A stretch of 64,000 bases of DNA from the human T2T-CHM13v2.0 reference genome, Homo sapiens, in NCBI RefSeq assembly GCF_009914755.1, contig NC_060934.1, one strand, 5' to 3'. Below, piece after piece: positions 1 to 43,322 of this stretch (its first letter is position 1; every line of letters begins with the position of its first letter). The notes below the pieces were generated by a model. The model ran no database searches, was not told where the DNA came from, and saw nothing but the letters and a program-made list of their open reading frames with translations. Position numbers and translations under genes: made by a program.

Positions 1-269
1 TCCATAAAGCTTAATGATGCTGAGCAATTCAAGTTTGCATTGTCAACAGTGATCCTTCATTTGTGAAAGCCTAGTTTATTTTGCATACATAAGCGCACTG
101 TTGGCTTTATTTTTTAAAAAAACAATCACTGGTATATAGAAGAACTGCTTGTTCATGCAAATAATTGTTTCACATGGAACCTTTTGAAAGTAAATACTAA
201 CCTGATTCCAGATACTTGAGGTATTTTAGTATGTATTTACTCAAAACAATGTGCTTGTGCTTCTCTTAT

Positions 270-785
270 ATAACTATAGTAAAACCATCAGGATCAGAAA
301 ATTAATGTTAATGCACTGGAACTTTCTAATTCTTGTTCCTGTTGGTGTTTTACCAAAAGTCCCAAAATATATGCTTTTTGTCCCTCTCATAATTTAGTTC
401 AGAATCCAGAATCGCATGCCACAACTAGCTGTCATGTCTCTTTCATCAACTTCAGTGTGGAGCAGTTCTTCAGTTATTATTTGACTTCCAAGACATTGCC
501 ACTCTTTGAGAGTATAGGCTGAATACTTATAAAATGTCCCTCAATTTAGGCCTGTCTGATGTTTTTTGATGACTAAATTCAGCAGAGGAATCTCTGCTAG
601 GAATATCACAGAGGATACTTTTCATTTTTGAGTGATAGACAATTTCAATGTGTTTCATCAGAATGATGTCATTTGATTACTAGGTTTAGATAGTTTGTGG
701 CTGTCTTCTCCATTGTAACTAGGTTCTTCTCAACTATGTAACTTAGATGTATTCTGTGGGTAGATTCTTTGAAATTTTGTAATTA
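270..785 (-). mobile_element. Old L1MC4/5-like 3' end fragment
   Basis: Resembles the recalled L1MC 3' UTR (tagctgtcatgtctcttt...aaatgtccctcaattt); boundaries approximate. Confidence 0.55.
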
Positions 786-787
786 TT

Positions 788-1320
788 GTAAACTAAAAAT
801 AAATCCTAAGCCTGCTTGGACAAGGGAACCTCAGCAAAAACCTTAAAAACTATTCCTGGCCACGAGAGGATGGGAGGTCAGACATGCCTCTTTAGACCCC
901 CTCTCTTTTGTGGTTTACACAAAACAACTCATCAACATTAGTGTTAAAATAGAGGTCGTAAGACTGATGGGGTGGACTTTTTGTGGCAATAAGATACCAA
1001 CTTATAAATAGGACCTAAGGTCATGGCAGGCAAGAGTTAGGTCATTCACCTCTACACTTAAAGAATAAACTGTGTTCTAACTGGCACAAGGTTTTAATTT
1101 TTCTCTAGCAACTATACAAGCACGGGCCTCCACCAGATGCTCACCCCTTCCCACTGTTCCACAAGCCATAGCTACAGCTTTCATTGGACAAGAGACTGAT
1201 TTCAGTAACTTTATTCTGATAAGAGGACCACTGAACCTGCTGTACTGGTTCTGACTGTTTATAGAGGCTTTGTGCTTGAGTGCCCTCATGTCCCTGCTCC
1301 ATTTTTTCGCCTATGGGGTT
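788..1320 (+). mobile_element. MER4-group ERV1 LTR
   Basis: Starts TGTAAACTAAAAATAAA; gggaggtcagacatgcctc motif typical of MER4 LTRs; right end approximate. Confidence 0.65.
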
Positions 1321-1912
1321 AAAGATGAGTGGATCAGTGAAGTAGAAATGGAGATTAAGTGTCTAAATTCATGCCTCTGTTTTGGTATTATTGTGAACAC
1401 TAATAATATTTGAATTTTTTTCACTTTATGTTTTCAACTTAGAGTCAAGTATGAATATATACTTTCATATTGCTAATCATATGTTCTGGGTTTTATTCTT
1501 CTGTCTCCAAACAAGAACAAAATCCTTGGAAAGTCTCAACAGATTACATTATTTTTCTAATTTATATTTCTTGTTTTACACTTAACATAAATGCATTGGT
1601 AATTTGATTCTATGGCCCTGAAGTAATTAGCCTCATTTTATCTCCAAATAATACACAACTGAACTGATTTTCTCAATATTTCCCTGAAGGTTGTTTCTTC
1701 CCTTGGACAGACTTTCTCTGTTATAAAGCCAAACCTTCAGTAACTCTAGATGACAAACATCCAGAGACCTTCCTCACCCTCTTCTCCTTTGTCACTATCT
1801 GCTTATTATTATGAGGACAAGCCTGGCCTCCTGGCACTCTCTTTTCTTTATTTCTTGCATTATGCACAAAAGAGGGAAAGTCTGAGAACTGAACCAGCAA
1901 TTAATAACACTT

Positions 1913-1918
1913 TTTATT
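1913..1918 (-). terminator. CYP2C8 polyadenylation signal AATAAA (cleavage expected ~1890-1900)
   Basis: TTTATT on + strand, ~330 nt downstream of the stop codon, followed by T-rich sequence on the minus strand. Confidence 0.75.
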
Positions 1919-2026
1919 TAGCACATTCACAAAAGAAATGGATCTAAATTATCATTCATTAATCACTTTTCTGTGTTTTACAGTGATAACATATTAAAAA
2001 GTCAGCATTAGAAAAGTATTAGCATA

Positions 2027-2033
2027 TGCAGCA
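2027..2033 (-). promoter_or_regulatory. Candidate miR-103/107 7mer-A1 seed match (TGCTGCA) in the 3' UTR
   Basis: Complementary to seed GCAGCA plus A1. miR-103/107 regulation of CYP2C8 is recalled from the literature; that this is the reported site is inferred. Confidence 0.45.
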
Positions 2034-2245
2034 ATTAATACAAGTGTTACAGAGTATGAATAATTGCAGATATATTTGTGCAGTGACCTGAACAACTCTC
2101 CTTAATGGAGTTTGGATGCTTATGGGATATTGAGTGAATGGGAAGATTTGATGAGAGGTCAGAGAAGACATAATAGTGGGAATGTCCTTGATAAAAAAAG
2201 AGTTGCAGGTGATAGCAGATCGGCAGCCAGATGGGCTAGCATTCT

Positions 2246-34521
<32,276 letters not shown>

Positions 34522-34617
34522 TGAAGCCTTCTCTTCTTATTAAGACAGCTGTGAGCTTGCACTCCAAAGTTTTTATAACACTCCCTGCTAATTTAGTGTG
34601 TGTCTCTTTGACATGTA

Positions 34618-34626
34618 AAGTAAACA
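34618..34626. promoter_or_regulatory. Forkhead (FOXA/HNF3) motif AAGTAAACA / TGTTTAC
   Basis: Exact TRTTTAC consensus between the TATA box and the inferred TSS. Confidence 0.6.
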
Positions 34627-34641
34627 ATCACCTAGATCCAA

Positions 34642-34647
34642 TTTATA
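34642..34647 (-). promoter_or_regulatory. TATA box (TATAAA); TSS inferred near 34616. A second TATAAA lies at 34572-34577.
   Basis: Minus-strand TATAAA at -121..-126 and -51..-56 from the ATG. Confidence 0.7.
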
Positions 34648-34660
34648 CTTTTTTTCTGAG

Positions 34661-34673
34661 TGGACTTTGGCCC
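34661..34673 (-). promoter_or_regulatory. HNF4A DR1 element GGGCCA-A-AGTCCA (about -152)
   Basis: Contains the CAAAGTCCA HNF4 core; position matches the recalled proximal CYP2C8 HNF4A site. Confidence 0.85.
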
Positions 34674-34690
34674 ATGGATAGAAATAAAAT

Positions 34691-34703
34691 GTTCTTTTGT
34701 CCT
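34691..34703 (-). promoter_or_regulatory. Second, degenerate HNF4A-like DR1 AGGACA-A-AAGAAC (about -181)
   Basis: Weak DR1; position matches a recalled second HNF4A site. Confidence 0.5.
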
Positions 34704-34727
34704 ACTCCTTCTTTCCAGTGCCAATCT

Positions 34728-34805
34728 AGGAGATTCTGGTTTAATTGTATTGGATTGGAGCCCAGGTATTTTTAATTAAAAGTCCCTGGTTTTTCCAATG
34801 TGCTG
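34728..34805. mobile_element. MER5B-like DNA-transposon relic in the proximal promoter
   Basis: gagattctggtttaattg...gcccaggtattttt...tccaatgtgc resembles the recalled MER5B core. Confidence 0.45.
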
Positions 34806-35059
34806 TGATGATGGAGAAACACTGAAGTAAATGATTCTATGTTAGAATATACTCAAAATTCAATATTCTCAGATTAATGACCAGTTGGGAATTTATGACC
34901 TTGAGGGAAATCAGTGTATTCTATATTTTGTATATAAAAAATGTACATTGTAATGCTATATCAAAAAATAGGAGACTTAGCCCTTGATAACAAAAGCCTT
35001 TCAAATATTTAGTATAGTTCACTTAAAATACAGCTGCCTAAACATGAAATAGTGAATAT

Positions 35060-35360
35060 AACTCATACATGTTGAATTACCATACATATATCAAATTATT
35101 AGCTAATAAATGTATATTTATATATATTTAAATGTATATAAACAATATACATAAATATATATGTTATTACATAATAATATTTGTGTTATTATTACATTAT
35201 TATAATAATAGGTGATTATTTACTTTACATGTCAAAGAGACAAACTGAATTAGCAGGGAGTGTTACATACATTATTACATAATAATAACATAAATACATA
35301 TTTATACTATTAAATATTATATTAAATATATAAAAGTATATATATAAATGTATATTCATC
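35060..35360. repeat. AT-rich low-complexity block containing an inverted copy of the CYP2C8 core promoter
   Basis: Almost all A/T except 35209-35265. Confidence 0.85.
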
Positions 35361-36433
35361 ATTAAAAGAGACTGGAGTATAAAGATTATCATTTTTTATT
35401 TTTCAAATTGGGAAAGAAACTCTGGGAGAACAGGACACCTGTCAGTGCCACACAGCTCATTGCCGGTAAAACCGGGATTTGAGCAGAGATCTTCTGATAC
35501 CCATTGGGGTTCATTACCACTTACACCACAGCTGGCTCAAGAACAATTTTAGAAAAACAAAACAAACCCCAGACATTAGTTACTCTGAAGATACGCCACC
35601 TTGACTCTGTTCAGAAAGCAACAGGCTTCACATTAAATAGAAGTCCGTTATTTGTTTATAAGGATAAGAGGACCGGAGACGCTCAAAAGAAGAAATAAAA
35701 ATTAGAGTTCTCCCCTCTGCATCACCTCACAAGTGAAAGTTGTTCAGCACTATTAAGGAAAGGGCCAATCTCACATAATTTATGGCACAGGGCTTGAAAA
35801 TCTATGGCTTCTCCACCTTCCAGTCACCTCCAGACATGGCTGCTTCTATTGTTTTTGGTCTGTTATTGTTACAAATAATAGAATGTAATCATACACAGCA
35901 AGGAAGAGAAATTATACACAGAACAACAGTTGTGGATTCAACAGAAGATGGAACACAGGGAAATCACTGAATGGACCCAGGGCACAGAACCACTGCAATG
36001 TGCAGACCTGAAATGGGAACTGATAGTCAATGGTCATGAAGATCTAAATACAACTGGATTTATGAACATTACTAGATCACTAATAACAAAGTGTGTATAC
36101 AAAGGCATGCTCTGAAAAGATTACCTTTATTCTAAATTGACCAGTACAGTTATTTCCAGCTCTTTCATTAAGAAAATATTAAGACCCAGTTATACAATGT
36201 TTTATCGATTATGTTTATAGACATTATGACAAATTTACAGAGAATTTTCACACTCATCACATCTCTTTTTATTCTCTCAATTATCTTTGCCCACTGTAAA
36301 ATTATTCCCAGTTTAGAGAGGAGAAAGTTAGACCATGGAGATTCAGTACTTTAGCTAAGGACACACAGAATGCAAGTGACCAAGCTGGGGCTGGAAACCA
36401 TAACCCCTGCATCTTGCTGCCTTCCTTTTAAGC

Positions 36434-36448
36434 AAAACATCCAGTTAA
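36434..36448 (-). promoter_or_regulatory. Glucocorticoid response element TTAACT-GGA-TGTTTT (-1927/-1913)
   Basis: Imperfect IR3 resembling the CYP2C9 GRE; position matches the recalled CYP2C8 GRE. Confidence 0.7.
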
Positions 36449-36554
36449 ACCGGGCCACCAAGATTGACTAAAATTCAATACTTGTGGATTAATCTAATCA
36501 GTGACTTTCAAAATAAACATTAATTTAGTTAATAATTCTAGCACCAGTTGAGTA

Positions 36555-36576
36555 AAATGTGGGTCAGATGTGTTTG
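36555..36576 (+). promoter_or_regulatory. ROR response element AAATGTGGGTCA (-2045), overlapping a degenerate DR4 GGGTCA-gatg-TGTTTG
   Basis: AT-rich flank plus RGGTCA half-site; position matches the recalled ROR-RE; paralogous to the CYP2C9 proximal CAR element. Confidence 0.65.
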
Positions 36577-36797
36577 GTTTTATAACCTTTAAAAGGTGAG
36601 TGAGTCCAGGTCCTGGTGAACCCTTTATCCAGGGCAAAGGGAAGTAGTAATTTGCTGCCTCACTCACGTAGGTATAAGCTAGTTTATTTGGATAAAATAA
36701 GTTCACTTTCTCTCTTTAGAGCAATAATTTTATTCCTTGAGAAACAGTTGTCCTTGCTCTGCTCCTTGTTTCTTCTCCTGAGCTGAGGCTCCTGCCT

Positions 36798-36810
36798 TGA
36801 CCTTTCTTTT
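36798..36810 (-). promoter_or_regulatory. ROR-like half-site AAAAGAAAGGTCA (-2289)
   Basis: A-rich flank plus AGGTCA. Confidence 0.5.
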
Positions 36811-37124
36811 TATAGAATAAAAGGAACATAGATAATTTAAAGACAGACGGGATCTCTGAGATCTACTAATTTAATTTTGCTTTGTTTTTCAGGAATGAGC
36901 AATTGGTGACTCAGTGAGTTAGAGCATTATCAATGCACCAGTAAAAGATTTTGTATTAGAATCCCAGTTTTCCTGCTTGGTGGTTCAGTGAAATACCCTA
37001 TCCTATAGAATTCCCACCTAAGTCCAAATGATCAAGAGTGTATTAGCATTAATTAAGCCCTCTACAGTCACAGATTGACACCCACCTCAGCTTGGATAGG
37101 GTTGTGAATTAGAGCGGGGTTTTT

Positions 37125-38500
37125 TTTAATTAATAGAATTTATTTTTATAGCAATTTTAGGCTCCGAGCAACAGTTCCCACAAACCCCTTCACCACACCT
37201 ACAAATAGTCTTTCCCACAATCAACAACCCCCATCAGTGGGGTTCATTAGTTACAGTCAGTGAGCCAACAATAAGACATAATCATCAACCAAAGTTCGAA
37301 GTTCACATAGGGTTTACTGTTTGTGTTGTACATTCTATAAATTTGACTGATGTATAATGCCATATATCCACCATCGTAGCATCATACAGAATAGATTTGC
37401 TGTCCTAAAAACCCCCCGTGCTCTGCGTATTCTCTCCCTTCCATGCAAGTCCTTGGTAACAAGTGAACCACAGTTCACTTTAGTGTTGCCATGGTTTTGC
37501 CTTTACTATAAGAGATTGTTATATAGTTGGAATCACACAGTATGTAGCCTTTTCAGGCAGGTTTCCATCACTTATTAATATGCAGAAGGTTTCTCCATGT
37601 CTTCTCATGGCTTGAAAGCTCATTTCTTCTTACCACCAAATAGTAATATAATAATATTCCCTTGCATTGATGTACCACAGTTTATCTATTCATCTAGTGA
37701 AGGATATCTTGGTTGCTTCCAATTTTGGCAATAATGAATAAAGATGCTATAAATGTCCTTGTGCAAGTTTTGTGTGGACATATGTTTTCAACTCATTTGG
37801 CAAATATCAAGGAGCACAACTGCTGGATCATATGGTAAGCATATTTTAGTTTTGTAAAAGCCACCAAACTCTCTTCCAGAGTGTCTGTGACATTTTGCAT
37901 TCATATCAGCAATAACTAATAGTTCCCATTGCTTCAAATCCTTGCCAACATTTGGTTTTATCAGTGCCTTAGATGTTCATTATTATAAAGGTATGTGTCA
38001 TTGTTGTCTTCGTTTGCAGGCCCCTAATTATGTGTAATGTTGAACAGTTTTCATGCTTATTTGACATCTGTTTATCTTCATGGGTGGGGTGTCTGTTCAA
38101 ATCTTTTGCCCATGTTTCTATTGAGGGTGTCCACTTTTTTGTTGCTGAGCTTTAAGAGTTCTTTGGGTATTTTGGATGACAGTGTTTTATTCTTATAAAG
38201 ATATATTCTTGTATCTTTTGGAACTATTATTCCTCTTTTAGCTGGACTTCTCCCTCCCTTGATAGTGTCTTTTACAGAGTAAAACTTTTTTTTTGTTTTA
38301 ACAAAGTTCGGATTATTGATTTGTTCTTTCATGGATTGTGCACTTGTTGTTGTATTTGAAAAACCATTGCCAAGGTCTTCTATATTTTCTCCTATGTTAT
38401 CTTCTCAGAGTTTTATAGTTTTGTGTTTCACATTTAGTTCTATAAACAATTTGGAGTTAACTTTTGTGAAAAGTGTAAGATTTACATCTAGATTCTTATT
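37125..38500 (-). mobile_element. Old L1MC-like 3' end and ORF2 relic
   Basis: T-rich tail at ~37120-37150; tgttgtacattcta...agcatcatacagaatag motif; ORF 38078-38332 is L1-like. Confidence 0.65.
37300..37316 (+). promoter_or_regulatory. DR5 nuclear-receptor element AGTTCA-catag-GGTTTA (about -2.8 kb)
   Basis: Direct repeat with a 5-nt spacer; position matches the recalled in-vitro CAR/PXR site; lies inside an old L1 3' end. Confidence 0.6.
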
Positions 38501-38517
38501 TTTGCTAAAACATTTTA

Positions 38518-39048
38518 AGACAAATGGGACTTAATTAAACTAAAAAGCTTCTGCACAGCAAAGAAATAATTAACAGAGTAAACAGACAACCTACAAAATA
38601 GAGTAAAATATTTGCAAACTGTGCATTCAAAAAAGAGCTAATATCCAGAATTTATAAGGAACTCAAACAAGTCAATAAGACAAAACAAATAACCCCATTA
38701 AAAACTGGGCAAAGTTCCAATTGTCACAGGATATTGTTGCATTTGTTTTAGAGGTCTTAGTTATGAATTATTTGCCTAGGCCAATGTCAGAATTTTTCCT
38801 AGGTTTTCTTCTATGATTTTTATGGTTTTAGGTCTCATATTTGTCTTTAATCCATCTTAAGTTAATTTTGATATGTAGTAAGAATTAGGGGCCCAATTTC
38901 ATTCTTCTGTTTATGGCGAGCTAATTTTCCCAGCACCATTTATTGAATAGGGTGTCCTTTCCACAGTGTATATCTTTGTTAACTTTGCCAAAGATCTGTT
39001 GGCCATAGGTATGTGGCTTTATCTATGGGTTTTCTATTCTGTTCTAAT
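38518..39048. mobile_element. L1PB-like ORF2 fragment in two oppositely oriented pieces
   Basis: + strand piece 38518-38715; - strand piece ~38740-39048. Confidence 0.7.
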
Positions 39049-42000
39049 ATAGGAGTAAGGATTTCACATTATTTTTTGTAAGGTTTACAGTAGAGAGACT
39101 CTCTTTGTTTTTGAATTCATTTAATTTTTTTCTTTAATTTTTAATTTCTGTGGGTACATAGTGTACTTATTTATGGAGTATATGAGATGTGTTGATACAG
39201 GCATGTAATGTGTAAAAATCACATCACAAAAAATAGAATATCCATCCCCTCAAGCATTTATCCTTTGAGTTACAATATAATTATGCTCTTTTAGTTATTT
39301 TAAAAGGTACAATTCAATTATTAATGACTATAATCACTCTGGTTTTCTATCAAATAGTAGGTCTTTTATTTTAACTATTTTTTTGCATTCATTAAGCACC
39401 CCAGATACCCCCACCCTCCCACTACCCTTCCCAGCCTTTTGTAACTATGAGAGAGTAACTTCTCTAATAGACAGTAGAGTTACCAGAGGATGGGAAGGGT
39501 AGTGGGAGAATGGGGGGTATGAAATGAGTTAAATTTCTTTGATTTTTAGAACCCACAAATAAGTGAAAACAAGCAATGTTCATCTTTCTGTGTCTGGCTT
39601 ATTTCACTTAACATAGTGATCTCCAGTTGCATCTAAGTTGTTGCAAATGACTGGATCTCATTCTTTTTTTATGGCTGAATAGAACTTCTTTGTGTATATA
39701 TGCCACATTTTCTTTATCCATTCGTCTGTTGATGGACACTTAGGTTGATTCCAAATCTCGGCTATTGTGAGCAGTACTGTGACAAACATAGGAATGCAGT
39801 TATCTCTTTGACACACTGATTCCCTTTCTTTAGGGTATACACCCAGCAATGGGATTGCTGGATCATATGGTAGCTCTATTTTTAGTTTCCAAGAAACCTC
39901 TAAACTGTTCTCTCATAGTGGTTGTAGTAATTTACCTTCCCACCAACAGTGTATGAGGGCTCCCTTTTCTCCACATTCTCTTTATTTGTTATTGCCTGTC
40001 ATTTGGATATAAGCCATTTTCACTGAAGTGAGATGATATCTCATTGTAGTTTTAATTTGCATTTCTCTGATGATCAATGTTAAGCACATTTTTATATGCC
40101 TATTTGCCATTCATACATCTTCTTTTGAGAAATATCTATTTGAGTGTTTTGCCCATTTTTTGATCAGATTATTAAATATTTTTCTACAGAAATGTTCGAG
40201 CTCCTTATATATTCTGGTTACTAATCTTGTGTCAGATGGGTAGTTTGCAAATATTTTCTCCCATTCTGTGGGCTGTGTCTTCACTTTGTTGATTGTTTTA
40301 TTTATTATGCAAAAGTGTTTTAACTTGATGTGATCTAATTTGTCCACTTTTGCTTTGGTTGTCTGTGCTTGTGGGGTATAGCTCAAGAAATCTTTGCCCA
40401 GACCAATGTGTTGGAGATTTTCCTCATTGTTCTCTTGTAGTATTTTCATAGTTCGAGGTCTTAGATTTAAGTCTTTAATCCATTTAGATTTGATATTTGT
40501 ATATGATTATAGATAGAGGTCTAGTTTCATTCTTCTGCATATGGATATCCAGTTTTCCTAGCACCATTTATTGAAAAAACTGTCTCTTCCCCAGTGTATG
40601 TTCTTAGCACATTTGTCAAAAGTGACTTCACTGTAGTTGTGTAAATTTGTCTCTGGATTCTCTATTCTGTTCTATTGGTTTATGTGTCCTTTTTTTATGC
40701 CGGTACCATGTTGTTTGGGTTACTCTAACCTTGTAGTAAAATTTGAAGTCAGGTAATGTGGTTCTTCTGATTTTATTATTTTTGTTTAGAATAGCTTTTG
40801 CTATTCTAGGTCTTTTGTAATTCCTTATAAACTTTAGGATAGTTTTTTTGTCTATTTCTGTGAAGAATGACGTTTTTTTTTGGTAGTGATAGCATTGAAT
40901 CTGTAGATTTCTTTGGGTAGCAAGAATATTTTAACAATATTGATTCTTCCATTCCATGAACATGAAATATCTTTTCATTTGTTCCCTGTTCTCTTCAATT
41001 TTTTAAATTAGAGTTTTACAGTTTTTTTATAGAGATCTTTCTCTCATACTATTAAGTTAATTCCTAGATCTTTAATTTTGTTTGTGACTATTGTAAATGA
41101 GGTTACTTTTTAATTTTTTTTCAGGTTGTTCACTGTTGACATATAAAAAGACTACTTATTTTTGTATGTTGATTTTGTATCATGCAACTTTACTAAATTT
41201 CTAAATCAGTTCTAATAGCTTTTTTAGGTGGAATCTTTTGGTATTTCCAACTATAAGATTATACCATCTGCAACAAGGGTAATTTGAATTTGTCCTTTTC
41301 CATTCAAATGCCCTTTATTTCTTTCATTTGTCTGATTACTCTAGCTAGGACTTCCAATATTATGTTGAATAACAGTGGTGAAAATAAAAATGGGCATTGT
41401 TTTTAAACTCTAGATCTTAGAGAAAAACCTATCAATTTTTCCTCTTTAAGTAAGATAATAGCTATCATAATTAATAGTTCCATCATATATGAGTTTTACT
41501 GTGTTGAGTTTTATTTCCTTTATTCCCCGTTTTTTGAGGGTTTTTATCATGAAAGGATGTTGAACTTTATCAAATGATTTTCCAGCATCAATTGAAATGA
41601 TCACATAGTTTTCATTCTGTTGACAGGATGTATCACATTAATTGACTTGCATAAGTTAAACTATCTTTCCATCCCAGGGATAAATCCCACTTGATCACAA
41701 TGAATGGTCCTTTTAAAATATTGCTGAATTCAGCTTGCTAGCATTTTGTTGAGAATTTTTGCATCAATATTCATCAGCAAAATTGGCCTATAGTTTTTTC
41801 TTTTTGATATGTTTTTGCCTGGTTTTATTGTCAGGGTTACACTGGCTTTGTAGAATGAGCTTGGAAGTATTCCCTCCTGCTCTATTTTTTTTGGGGGGGC
41901 ATAGTTTGAGTAGAATTGGTATTAGTTGTTTTTTAAATGTTTGGTGGGATGCAGTGGTGAAGCTTTCGGGTCCAGGGCTTCTCTTTACAGGAAGATTTTT

Positions 42001-42879
42001 AATACAACTTTGATCTCATTACTTGTTATTGACATGTCAGGCTTTAGATTTCTTCATGTTTCAATCTTGATAGATTGTATATGTCTAGGAATTTGTCCAC
42101 TTTTTCTAAGTTTTTCAATTTATTGACTTATAGTTGCTCATAGTAACCACTAATGATCCTTTAAATTTCTGCAGTATCAGTTGTTAGGTCTCTTTTTTCA
42201 TCTCTGATTTCATTTATTTGGGTCTTCTCTTTTTAAAATTAATCTTGCTAGAGGTTTTTCAGTTTTGTTTAACCTTCCAAAATCAATGTTTTGCTAATTC
42301 ATCTTCTATATTATTTTCTTTTCAATTTAATTTATTTCTGTTTTGATCTTTATTATTTCTTTTCTTCTAGTTTTGGCTTTCATTTGCTCTTGCTTTTCTT
42401 GTTCTTTAAGATGCATTGTTATGATTATTTATAGGAAGGTTTTCCTCTTTTTTTGATGTAGGCACTTACAGCTATAAACTTCCTCTTAGTACTGCTTTTG
42501 CTGTATCTCATAGGTTTTGTTATGTTGTGTTTCTATTATCATTTATTTCAAGAAATTTTCAATTTTCTTCTAAATTTCTTCATTGACCCACTGGTCATTC
42601 AGGAGCACACTGTTTAATTTTCATATATTTGTATATTTTCCAAGATTCCTCTGTTATTGACTTCCAGTTTTACTTTACTGTGGCCATAGAAGTTGGTTTA
42701 TATTATTTCAATTATTTTTGAATGTTTTAAGACTTGTTATGTGACTTAAGATATGGTCTATTATTGAGAATAATCCATGTGCTGAGGAAAAGAGTATGTG
42801 TTCTAGAGTGATTATATAAAACCTTTTGTAAATATCTATTATATCCATTTGATGTGTAGTGCAGATTATGTCAGATGTC

Positions 42880-43103
42880 TCCCCTCCCCTCCCCTCCCCT
42901 GCCCTCCCCTCCCTCTCCCTCCCCCTTCCTTTCCCTTCCCTTCCCTTCCCTCTTTTTCTTTTCTTCTTCTTTTTTTTTTTTTGGGGTAGAAACATTGTCT
43001 CAGTATGTTGCCAGGCTGGTCTCAAACTCCTGAGCTCAAGTAATCTGTTCACTCTGGCCTCCCAAAGTGCTGGGATTACAGGTGTGAGCCACTGTACCCA
43101 GCC
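42880..43103 (-). mobile_element. Alu left monomer (FLAM/AluJ-like) with tail expanded into a (CCCCT/CCTT)n polypyrimidine tract
   Basis: ccaggctggtctcaaactcctgagctcaag...tgggattacaggtgtgagccac; ~100-bp pyrimidine run at 42880-42982. Confidence 0.85.
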
Positions 43104-43306
43104 TCTTTGTTTACTGTCTGTCAAGTGGACCTATCCAATGTTGAAAGTAAAGTGTTGAAATCTCCAGCTATTATTGTATTAAAGTTTACCTTTCTATATA
43201 TCTAAAATCATATTTGCTTTACATATCTGGGTGCTCCAGTGTTGGATGCATATATATTAAAAATTCTCATATCATCTGTCTCAATTGTCTCCATTATCAT
43301 TAAATG

Positions 43307-43322
43307 GGGTCATCAAAGTTGA
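43307..43322 (+). promoter_or_regulatory. Distal CAR/PXR DR4 element GGGTCA-tcaa-AGTTGA (about -8.8 kb)
   Basis: DR4 motif at -8786..-8801 from the ATG, matching the recalled functional CYP2C8 xenobiotic-response element. Confidence 0.8.
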
